Source: Trichoplax sp. H2 (lineage: Eukaryota). From it: a stretch of 33,893 nucleotides of DNA. Shown here one piece after another: positions 1 through 9,830 of this stretch. The notes below the pieces were generated by a model. The model saw nothing but the letters and a program-made list of their open reading frames with translations. It ran no database searches and had not been told where the DNA came from. Each line of letters opens with the position of its first letter. Within the stretch, counting starts at the first letter, position 1. Made by a program: the position numbers and the translations under genes. The stretch covers positions 124,001-157,893 of the forward strand of contig NOWV01000182.1 of the NCBI GenBank assembly GCA_003344405.1. The letters run 5' to 3'.

Positions 1-2604
1 AATGAGCTTGTACTGTTAGGAGACAGCAAGGACTAGACAATATCGTAAAAAGGAAGTCTTTCCACTGCAATAATCATCGACATGCGGACGGATGGGTTAT
101 CCAACTCCAATTGCATTACTGCCATCGTTAACCCTTAGCGATGGATTCAAGTAATAATGAAGAAGCATGATGAACTTGCACTGTCCTGAGACTGCAAGGA
201 TTGAACAAATATCGTTGCTTTATAGCGATTGAATAGATATCTAGAATGCACATCAGCACATATAGTCTTTAGTCGTTTTGATCAGTTATGCTTTTGGTAT
301 TGTCGTAACATCGCCTGTCCTGTAAACTACTGCTTGTTACCTTGTAGTGTACGCGCCATACAACGTGGGGAATCCTAGATATCGTACAATATTATTTATT
401 TATTTACGGCTTATCTAAACCTTATCTAATGTTACTAGATTAAGATTACATGCTACAAATGTTCACGTGCATTAGGATATGGTATTCAAGTTATGTTGGT
501 ACTAGAGCTGATTGGTTGTCACAGATCTTATGTCTCGTTAACGTGTGTATGATATCGCGCTTGGCATGCGCTTCCAATAAAATAGACTAAAGAAAAGGAA
601 AGCTCAAAGTCTCAGATCTTGATCTCGTTACAGGTATTACTTAAATTATGGATTACGAAAGTACTCAATTTGTTTTCAAATGCATATTGCGTTGAGAAAT
701 GCTGGAATACCGTATTGTTGTGATGTACTTTTTTCAGTATGTAATAACAACACGAAATGGCTAATCTGATCAAGATCGTGCAGTGCCATGAGTTTTCTCA
801 TTTCATCAAGGCCGTGCAGTGAAAAGGGTTATCTTATGAAATGCCTGCAAGTACTTCAGTAAAGATACATAAATCAAATTGCCAATCTTATCTTGATCGA
901 GAAGTTGCAAGAGCTATCTAGCTGGAATCATTTACATTAACCTCAGCTACTATGCTTTCGATAATGTCCTATTGTAAGATCTCTCTTCACTTCACTTATA
1001 TTTGATCAATTTGCTAGAATTAGCAAAACACTATCTTATCTCACAATATTACAATTACTGTACTTTCGATAGTACTTAGGACGTATAACTAGAATATAAC
1101 TTGGCTAGTTAATACTGAAGGAATCTTAAAATTTACGCGGTACTACACCTACCTACGGACAAAAATGACTCATAGCACAATCGAGATAGTTTATGAATCA
1201 CAACATGAATTTTCGTTTGCTAGTCAATGCATGATAGACTAAAGAGATAAAATGAGCTTGCACTGTCAGTAGACAGCCATGACTTTAAAATTGCTAGTCC
1301 TATCAAGGTCGTGCTATTACAGAAGATGGTACATGTAATTAATTTACACTATTGGGTTATAGCAGTGTAAGTAAACATACAAGTCAATGGAAAATAAAAT
1401 CGCAAACTAAAATCATGAATATCGATTTCTGCGAGCAATAGACAACTCAATTGAAATATTTAATAAAGTTTACAGCATACAGCTACTGGAGTAATGTTGT
1501 CAATTCTAATCAACCGAACTCTGTAAAGCTATAGTACTGTATACATGCAAATTCTAGCTCAAATAGACCCTATTCACTACCATATGCTGTTTTTGCAACA
1601 GTTTCGACCAGAGTTAGAAGCCCCTTTTCAACATGATCTCAAAATACAATTTTTGAGATCCCCAAGACTTCATGATAACAGAAGTAAGTCATTTTGATAA
1701 CAATCCATTTTTAAGTATTTTCAGCAATATAGGAAAGAATACTTCAACTATTGCAACATAGTCGAATTTCAACTACTGTATTGCTATGCATGCAATACTG
1801 CAACACAAATTATATATTAGCCACAGTTTGTAAGCCCTGCGCTAGCCAAGACATTCACACATAGTGAATCTAATCAAACCAAATTCAAGCAATCATGATA
1901 GAAAAGCTAGACTATAGCCTTGTATACAACTACATTTTCTAATAGGCATGTAGCTGCTTCGGCCAGTGGGTTCGTAACATACACGCATACCCATCACCTT
2001 AATGGTGTGAAATACAGTAACATATACATGGGCTTACTTTCTAATTCTTCAAAGCCTTAACGCCAAAATAATGATAAGAACTCAGATTCCGTAACTTTAG
2101 GCCAACTGACAGTTTATTGGATAGTATAGCATATCAAAATTATCTGCTTTAGAGGATTCAATATATACAAAAGATATGCAAAAGAGTACTAGGACGTAAA
2201 AAAATATACCATTTTGTTGTCAATTAATAAAATCTTGTCGGCAAGTAGATATATAATTATGCTAAAATAGTGACACCCTATTGCAGGTGTAAATTATGAC
2301 TAACTGTAAATGCCATTGGGCTAGATGTAGAAATTCATCATGCTCATTGCTGCGTACTATATTGTCCTGTCTTGGACAACTAAATGTTAGTAAATCGACG
2401 TAAATAGGCTATTGTTATACTGATGTCTATTTCCGTTTTTACAAGTATAATTCTTATATATCCAGTGGAAATGAAACTAGGATGCTAATAAATACTCCTA
2501 GAATTGAAATGAAAAGTAATGATGAGAATAAGCGTCCGAGTTATACCTACAAAATTGTATTCGATTTAACAAGTGGATGAGCCTCAGAGCGTAACTGTAA
2601 GAAG

Positions 2605-4020
2605 TTAAATATCCTGATCAAGTAACGGCTTGCCTTCTGCATTCTGCGCTACACGGATCTGTCTTGTATCGTTAGCAAGCAATGACTTCACTTTCATGTA
2701 ATAAAAATGAACACTATACAACGTAGTAGGCAAGGCTATTAGTGATGCAAAAATACTCATTATACAAGCAGCAAGGAAAGTAGACGAAGCATCATTGGAT
2801 GATATCTTCAGAAAAAGTTGATAGCCACTCATGATAAGATTGGCTACTATAAAGAAACTTGTCAGTACACATAAAATAGTATAAGTACTATAAGTCATGA
2901 CACACTTTTTACGAAGGATGTTAGCAGCAGTTCTACCACTTGCCATTAAGAGGCAGCCAGTTAAGCCAGTAAATACAACTATAGGATCACCATATAAAAT
3001 AGCAATAGCCAAGACTGCGGCTACAAAGCATATCATTGCGCTTATAAATTGGATGACAGCAAAACAAAATTCTCGACTCTGGATCGCATATTCATATCCC
3101 ATCCATTCTTCGCCATTCCTAACTGAATCAAATTTGTGAAGTCCCAGCCTACTTCCCACTAAAACTTCAACATAAACTGCGAAAAAAAAGCCAACTATGG
3201 AAGCTGCCAGTAAAATAAAGAGGAAAACGTAGATCAGAGAACGATTGGAAATAAATGATGTGGCCCCCTGCGCCATATAAACGATATCACAAATCATCAC
3301 TAGCCAACACGCCATCATAGCAATTCGACTAAAAGCAACAAACCAATTACCAGTATTGGCTGAATTCAGTTTAGCTGTAAATTCTCCCATGATACCCGAT
3401 GTAAATATCATGGAACCAGCAGCAATAGCAACAACAGGATAAACGATGGTGACATTGAATAATCCAACCATACCAATAATGGTGAGCACTATCCCAGCGA
3501 AAATTTGCCAAACCGCTAACGTTTTGTATTGAACATCACAACAACCATATTCATCGGCCCAGCTATATCGAACCCAAATACCTCTTCTGGTATGATTGTG
3601 ATCATTACCATCATCATCCGTGGTTGTTAGGTAATACTTATTGACAGATATGAAAGCAACGATGAGTATTGCACTAGTGCTGATACCGTTGATGATAAAG
3701 AGGATCGTAGGGCCAGAAAGATGAAAGTAGCCATTAGTAATAAATATACTACAGTAGATGATAAAATTGCTCAAGCCTAAATGCAAGCACCAAAATGATA
3801 AGGCAAAGATAGCGGTAGTAACAGTATCATGAGGAGCATTCTTGCGATAAAATAGACAGAAAGCCAAAGACAATACCGCTATTGCAGGTAGTATGGGACC
3901 AGTAAAAGCAAGTGTGCGAATAGTTTGATCAGCTGCTATGGGAAGAACCACAAAAGAGACAACACTTAACAGAAAATTTCCCATTCCAAATAAGAGCAAT
4001 ACCATAATAATCCATTCCAT
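2605..4020 (-). CDS. Intronless ~12-TM membrane protein, 471 aa; three tandem 4-TM modules resembling CD20/MS4A/TMEM176 (paralogue A)
   Basis: ATG at 4020-4018, TAA at 2607-2605, uninterrupted ORF. About 12 hydrophobic segments fall in three blocks (aa ~1-130, ~165-289, ~317-441). Block 2 reads KTLAVWQIFAG...G...YP...AGSMIFTSGIMG...K, resembling the MS4A pattern LG.xQI..G...YP.W.G..FI.SG. Co-linear homology with 6243-7643 supports a real gene. The family call is by eye. Confidence 0.85.
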   Translation of the reverse strand: MEWIIMVLLLFGMGNFLLSVVSFVVLPIAADQTIRTLAFTGPILPAIAVLSLAFCLFYRKNAPHDTVTTAIFALSFWCLHLGLSNFIIYCSIFITNGYFHLSGPTILFIINGISTSAILIVAFISVNKYYLTTTDDDGNDHNHTRRGIWVRYSWADEYGCCDVQYKTLAVWQIFAGIVLTIIGMVGLFNVTIVYPVVAIAAGSMIFTSGIMGEFTAKLNSANTGNWFVAFSRIAMMACWLVMICDIVYMAQGATSFISNRSLIYVFLFILLAASIVGFFFAVYVEVLVGSRLGLHKFDSVRNGEEWMGYEYAIQSREFCFAVIQFISAMICFVAAVLAIAILYGDPIVVFTGLTGCLLMASGRTAANILRKKCVMTYSTYTILCVLTSFFIVANLIMSGYQLFLKISSNDASSTFLAACIMSIFASLIALPTTLYSVHFYYMKVKSLLANDTRQIRVAQNAEGKPLLDQDI

Positions 4021-5026
4021 CTTGTCCAGACGCTTTTACTTTAGTGAACAAGTGCCTTGATAGATGGACTGACCGTCAATACTAATGTAAGAATATTCTC
4101 TCTATAATGATCAATTTCTTGGATTTGTTAAAATGATAATCAACCTTGACTTGCTACTTTATAGAATGGAGATTGGTGGACTGTCATCAACGAAGAGATG
4201 AGCAATTGGAAATGCCATACATAGCACTCAAGCTGAGTGATCAGTCATTGAAGCCCTTAATAGTCGTGTAGAGGCTACTCCACTTCTCGTAATAATGCAC
4301 AGAATAGTAATGGCTTGTTCTACTATCGCTGGAATGGATTTGTTCAATGGATCTTCAACGTTTCGTTGCCCTTTTCTTGATCGAGGTGGCCAGTGTTATG
4401 CTGCAAGTTGATTCTATGAGTAAACATCTGATAGTCACGCGCCTCCTACCTTACTGTAGTTTTCGTAGTCATGTCCAAGATGGTGGCGTTCTGTTATAGC
4501 GTAGAAAGCTTCAAAATAAATGAGAAATGTGGATGGCTAGATAGTCACAGTCAATAAGAATCATAATTTACAGTACTCTACTGTATGATGTCCAATTCTC
4601 CACTCAAAACCAGCTAAAATGGCAGTTTTTAGTCTAAATTGATGTTGAAAATTTTGCTCTCTATGCTTGCACAGAACTGGAGCAAGTTAAAAGCCCTTGA
4701 CAGTCACGAGTGTATCAAACACTATAGTATACACAGTATGACAATCAATTAAGTAAATATAATCTGCTGTCGCTATGGTAATTCTACCGACTGGGTGCAG
4801 CCAAAGGCAACTTGCAATCAAGTTACAAGAGCTTAAAAGCACCGTAAAAGAAGCTAACAATTATTCTGCAGTCCTAATCCAACTTCTACTCGTTCTATTT
4901 CGTGTACTTGTTTGACTAAGAAGGATAATTCTATTTATTGTGCTGTACTGCAATAATTTAGTAGTCTAGATAGCCATGGTAAGAGAGATTTTCTTATACC
5001 TATTGCTAGGCAGTTAAGCTCGAAAC

Positions 5027-5072
5027 CATGGAGTTCTAGATTACTTCCCGGGAAGTAATCTAGAAGTCTATG
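5027..5072. mobile_element. 46-bp hairpin mini-MITE or transposon remnant with a perfect 32-bp palindromic core
   Basis: 5034-5065 TTCTAGATTACTTCCC|GGGAAGTAATCTAGAA is a perfect palindrome. The arms extend as CATGGAG...GTCTATG (5/7 pairing). It is flanked by TCGAAAC (5020-5026) and CCGAAAC (5073-5079), a 6/7 candidate target-site duplication. Confidence 0.55.
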
Positions 5073-6242
5073 CCGAAACTCTACCGTACTTTACTTACGA
5101 AGGTGCAGAGCTTTAAGGCTAAGAATGCATTCAACGCTACAGCAGGTGCAGTACGATAATCAGAAGAAAGAAGCTATCCAAGCAAGGAACTACTGGTTTA
5201 ATAATTAATGCATCTTCTATTAGGATATAGTTATGATTGCAAAGAGTTATGTCGAAAAACATACAGCATACCAGTCATTGCTATAAAATGACTGACTAAT
5301 TTTTCAAAATCGATTAGCAAAATACTGCCGACATGAATTTGGTTTTTAATCAAGATCCAGGATAGAAACTAGCTATATTATCGGTACTCTATATAGAAAA
5401 CAAGTGGTTAACCATTTGCGTGATGATAACTCTAAAATTGCGCTCTCTGTAAACGTCTGAAATAGATCCTGTAGAGCTATGGGGAAGAAAATCAATTTTT
5501 CAACTGTATGTTGATTGTATTTCATATCGAGGCATAGCAGGCGGCATTAACTGTGGGTTTTGTGCTTTCAACACGCGTCTAAAATAGATCCTGTACAATG
5601 CCATCAGCATTGAACAGGAAGGTAGTCCATTTCTTGTCCTATACCGTTGTCATCACAAATTAAATCAGTAGAGTTGCGATGCATGCAAGATACAGGTAAA
5701 AGTGAAAGACTTTCCTTTTCTCGCAATACGCGATCGACTCCAACTCTCTAGTATTTCAAGATTAATGTTGATTCTGTATTAATGAATTATTCATCTTACA
5801 AAACACTGCAAATAACTAGCACTACAATAAGTGTTCGTACATAAGTACAGGCAGAAAAGATTTAACATACAGTAATTGTAAAGTACAAGGATAATATCGT
5901 GCAGTTGGGTTGTTGAAGTAATAAAATACTGTCTTGCAGAATGTGAGTAACAATGATTTAAAAGCTGACGTTGCATCTACAGCATAGCATTGATATTAAT
6001 AAATATATACAAGATGGAAGTAATTTATTATTGAGTGTCAGCAGAATTGATTAAACAAACAATCCTAAGTCAACAAATGCATCAGCAAAAATGCAAGGTG
6101 TGGAATGGTATACCACAAGTTTATCTTTTATACAGTATAGACAGTTATGTTAGAGAACCATCTGCTATATTGGTAAAAATACAATCGTTGGCCCCTTTCT
6201 ATCGTCATTTTCATTGAAAATAGAAAATTAGCTTACTCCTCA

Positions 6243-7643
6243 CTACAGTAAACCCTTCCTAACTTCAGATGCAGCATCTGCTTCTTCCGTTAAGACATCT
6301 TTAGTGACTTCGTTACCGTAGATATAGACGCTGTACAATGTAGCAAAAAGACAGAATAATGACACCCCGATGTTGACTAGATCAATAATCATAAAGGCAG
6401 GCGATTTATGTGGCGATTTATCGATCAATATCCACAAGAGCAACTGATGGATGGATAGAACAAAGTTGGCTGCTAGACAAAAGCTACTCATGCTGCACAG
6501 AACTAAATAACAACTGTGAATTGAAACATTTTTTCTTTTCAATATATTTCCTGCAGTTCTACCGGCAGCAATCAAAAAATAGGATGTTAAGCTAGTAAAA
6601 AGTACAAAAGGTGCAGCATGCAAGAGTATTGCCGTTAGAAAGGTAATCGCGATAAAGATACAACCACAGAGCGTTAATATGAAGCACAAGACAAATTGTT
6701 TGGTTTTCAATGCTTGGCTATAACCCTGCCAAGGTTCACCATTTTTCACCGGATCATACTTATGCATCCCTAATCGACTTCCAATAATTACTTCTACAGA
6801 AACCGATAAGAAAAATCCAGCTATACTTGATATAGCTGTAAATGCAAATATCACCAACGAGGTTGCTGTATTCCACCGAGAATATTCCTTTGCATGAACA
6901 ATAAATATAACGTTACACATAACCGATACCCAACAGCCACATCCTCCAGCACGACTGAAAGTGAGAAACCATATACCAGCATCGGGTAATTGTAACTTAG
7001 ATGTGATGATGCCTAGTATGCCCGCAGTCAATAGACAAGTACCAGCTAGGATAAATAACATGGGGAAAACACTATTTTCGCCAAACAAACCAACGATACT
7101 ACTGACTAATAGCGTAATACTGGCAATGACTTGGCCCTGGCCTACACTACCATAATATTGATTTGAACCTGTACAACAAAATTCATCTGTCCAGTAATAT
7201 CGTACCCAGCCACTGCATCTTTCATAATCATTGCACGCAGACAACGATTTATAATACCTATTGACGCTTAAACAAGATAATCCACTAATACCTAAAGCGG
7301 TAGCAATATTGACAATAAAGAGGATGCATTGCGGAGCAGTATTAAAATAATTGTTGCTAATAAAGATATAACAGTATGTTATAATATTAACGGTCGATAG
7401 GGCTATACTCCATACCGACAACGCCATGATAGAAGCTAAAAGAGTAGCATTCGGCTTTTGATTATAAGTTAGTAAAGCTGTTATTACGGAAAAGATGGAG
7501 ATAGCTGGTAGTACAGGCGTAGTAAATGTCATAGCACTGATCGTCCCATTACTTGGATGAACACCAATAACAAAGAAGGATAAAGAGCCAGAAAGAAAGC
7601 TAATAGCCCCTAAAATTGCTAAGATAACAAATACTTTCTCCAT
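6243..7643 (-). CDS. Intronless ~12-TM membrane protein, 466 aa; triple MS4A-like module (paralogue B)
   Basis: The first ATG is at 7643-7641 (MEKVFVIL, aligning with MEWIIMVL of paralogue A); the ORF track start at 7658 is a TTG. TAG at 6245-6243. Shared motifs with A: WVRY.W.DE..C, VEV..GSRLG.HK.D.V.NGE.W.GY, GRTA.NIL..K.V. Confidence 0.85.
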   Translation of the reverse strand: MEKVFVILAILGAISFLSGSLSFFVIGVHPSNGTISAMTFTTPVLPAISIFSVITALLTYNQKPNATLLASIMALSVWSIALSTVNIITYCYIFISNNYFNTAPQCILFIVNIATALGISGLSCLSVNRYYKSLSACNDYERCSGWVRYYWTDEFCCTGSNQYYGSVGQGQVIASITLLVSSIVGLFGENSVFPMLFILAGTCLLTAGILGIITSKLQLPDAGIWFLTFSRAGGCGCWVSVMCNVIFIVHAKEYSRWNTATSLVIFAFTAISSIAGFFLSVSVEVIIGSRLGMHKYDPVKNGEPWQGYSQALKTKQFVLCFILTLCGCIFIAITFLTAILLHAAPFVLFTSLTSYFLIAAGRTAGNILKRKNVSIHSCYLVLCSMSSFCLAANFVLSIHQLLLWILIDKSPHKSPAFMIIDLVNIGVSLFCLFATLYSVYIYGNEVTKDVLTEEADAASEVRKGLL

Positions 7644-8819
7644 TGACGCGTAGATCAAATTTTAAAGATGGAAAGTGTGATTCACCAACCAGTGGTTAGT
7701 CTACCAGTAACAGTAATCAGTTTAAAGAGAAAGGTGGCTGTGATCCAATACCTACATCGGACTGCTCCTTAGACCAACAGTGCGTGTATGCTATTAATTA
7801 ATGTGATGTAGTCCGTACGTTTTCTATTTGCGTTTTACACTCGTTGTTTGTACCCAGAGGTCCTTGACTATAGCTCGCTCTTGAGTATTGACTATTCAGG
7901 AAATCTGCTCCAGGTTTACCGCTAGCAGCCCAATTGATAATTTGACGTCATGGGCTAAGAATAGCGCGAGATGGCTTTAGTATTGATGACTGGTTGTATA
8001 CAGTTTCCACCATGGATTTAGCAAAGAGAACCTTATTGTACAAGAGCACCCCTATCTACTGCTCCGCTATCGCAAAACTAAATCAATAAGCAGCATCAAT
8101 CATGTCAATCATAACTCGCCGAGAGGTGAGAACTGAAAGTTTTCTACTGTATTTGGGTATTTATCTGTTTTGTCTATAATAAGCCTTATTATTTTAGTGA
8201 TCCAATCCTAATGCTGTATGGAAAATGAATCTTTTTTTTTCTCTTTGTTTACTGTCCCTCTTTCTTAATAGTTAATTGAATTATTCCATAATTTAATGTA
8301 GCGGTCAAAGTGAGATGAGTCACGTAAAAAGAGTGGCGACTGGAAATGATCGTTCCGTATACTAAACATAGAGAAGGCAATTATTTTGCTGGTGATTTGT
8401 ACTGCACTTATGCAAAATGAGTAATTTTGTACAGTATAATGGTGAATGATACTATTAGCTATCCATGATTGAAAATGTACTATAACTAGTCATTGAATCA
8501 TGGTCTTTTCCTGATCGAGATACAAGAAAGGGGACTATGCAATACCATCCATGATTCTAGTTTGAAAGGTGTAGAACTCTTTATTGTAGTGTATACTGCA
8601 GACCTGTGCATGAGCTAACCCAAGATCATGATCGCCTTTTAACTGAAGTTCTACTGAACCGAGATAGTTGTACCGTTGCAATTCAAGTCTTTGATGATAC
8701 AGCAAATTGGCCTGTAAAAAAGGTGGTCTAAGGAAGCCATTTCTGGTACTGTATGTCACTGCATCTGATGGAGGTACAGGAATTTTTCTTTCTACTAGTG
8801 TTGTCCGGCCAAGCATTAT

Positions 8820-9790
8820 AACTGTGCAGTTTTCAGTACAGTAGTGTACAGTATAGTAGACCATGCAAAATATGCAAATGATTTCTGATCTTTGCTTACC
8901 TCTCTCGGCTGATACTTGGACTAATATACAGTACTGTACAGTACAACGATGATATTATTTTTTTTACAACTTTGTCCATTTCAGCTCATTTTCAACGCGC
9001 AAGATGAAGATATACTGTCGTGTATATTACGCAACACGTATATTATATCTTATACAACCAAATGGCTCATTTTCAAATATCTATTCATCGAAAATTATAC
9101 TAAGATATTCAAAATGGTTGCATAACGCATTAGTCAATGTATCACCTGAGGGGAGGTGCAAAAAGATTTGTGGAGATATTTTCGGATGATGTCCCAACAC
9201 CCTACAGTACTACTGTATACTGTACACTGTACAGTACAGTACTGTACACTGTAATCACAGGCCTGTCGACTATCATTCTTCCGTACTTACAGTACAGTGT
9301 ACAGTAAGGTGACAGCAGTCCAGACCATAAAATCCATCTTATGGTTTCATCCTATCATTTTATTCATGTTTCTCATTTCTGTCATCATTCCAGGATTTCT
9401 ATCAAAACATAAAACCTCGCCATACTGAAACCGCGATTTGATCCGTTGATTTACAGGAACTGTACACTATTCTGTACCTCTAAAAACGTACAGTACACTA
9501 TAGTATGAGAGCGTACAGTACGGTCCGGTCCGATCCGGTACGGTACCATAAAATCGCGCAACGAACATGGTTAAGAGTAGTATTAGTCTTACTATAGAAG
9601 TCCCTGACTGTATGGTATGATACTGTACCTGTCTGGTACAGACTCATACAAGGTCTCTCGTACAGATTCTGTACTGTACAGTACAGTGTACAGTGTACAG
9701 TGTACAGTACAGGTTATGGGGCCCAGCCGGTACCAGTACCAGTACCAGTACAAGGTCAGCTGATACGGGACACCACATACAGTACAAACG
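8820..9790. repeat. Low-complexity cluster of TACAG/CTGTA (GTAC-rich) motifs between divergent genes, probable promoter region
   Basis: About 30 TACAG/CTGTA pentamers by manual count, e.g. 9203-9253 and 9669-9712 (TGTACAG repeats). Also (CCAGTA)n near 9733-9751 and GGTAC/GGTCC repeats at 9518-9547. It lies between the ATG of paralogue B (minus) and the ATG of PEX16 (plus). Confidence 0.7.
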
Positions 9791-9830
9791 GAAGGGCGAA
9801 AGTTGACACGTTAAAGGTCAATCAACTAAA

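Noticed and set aside
7943-7950. CRE palindrome TGACGTCA (and TGAGTCA at 8316-8322) upstream of paralogue B
   Set aside because: Single short motifs are expected by chance in 34 kb, and no equivalent was seen upstream of paralogue A.
8535-8864. 109-aa minus-strand ORF as a stand-alone gene
   Set aside because: Its N-terminus derives from TACAG repeats and it has no recognisable domain. Only the internal exon-like part is kept, as a low-interest finding.
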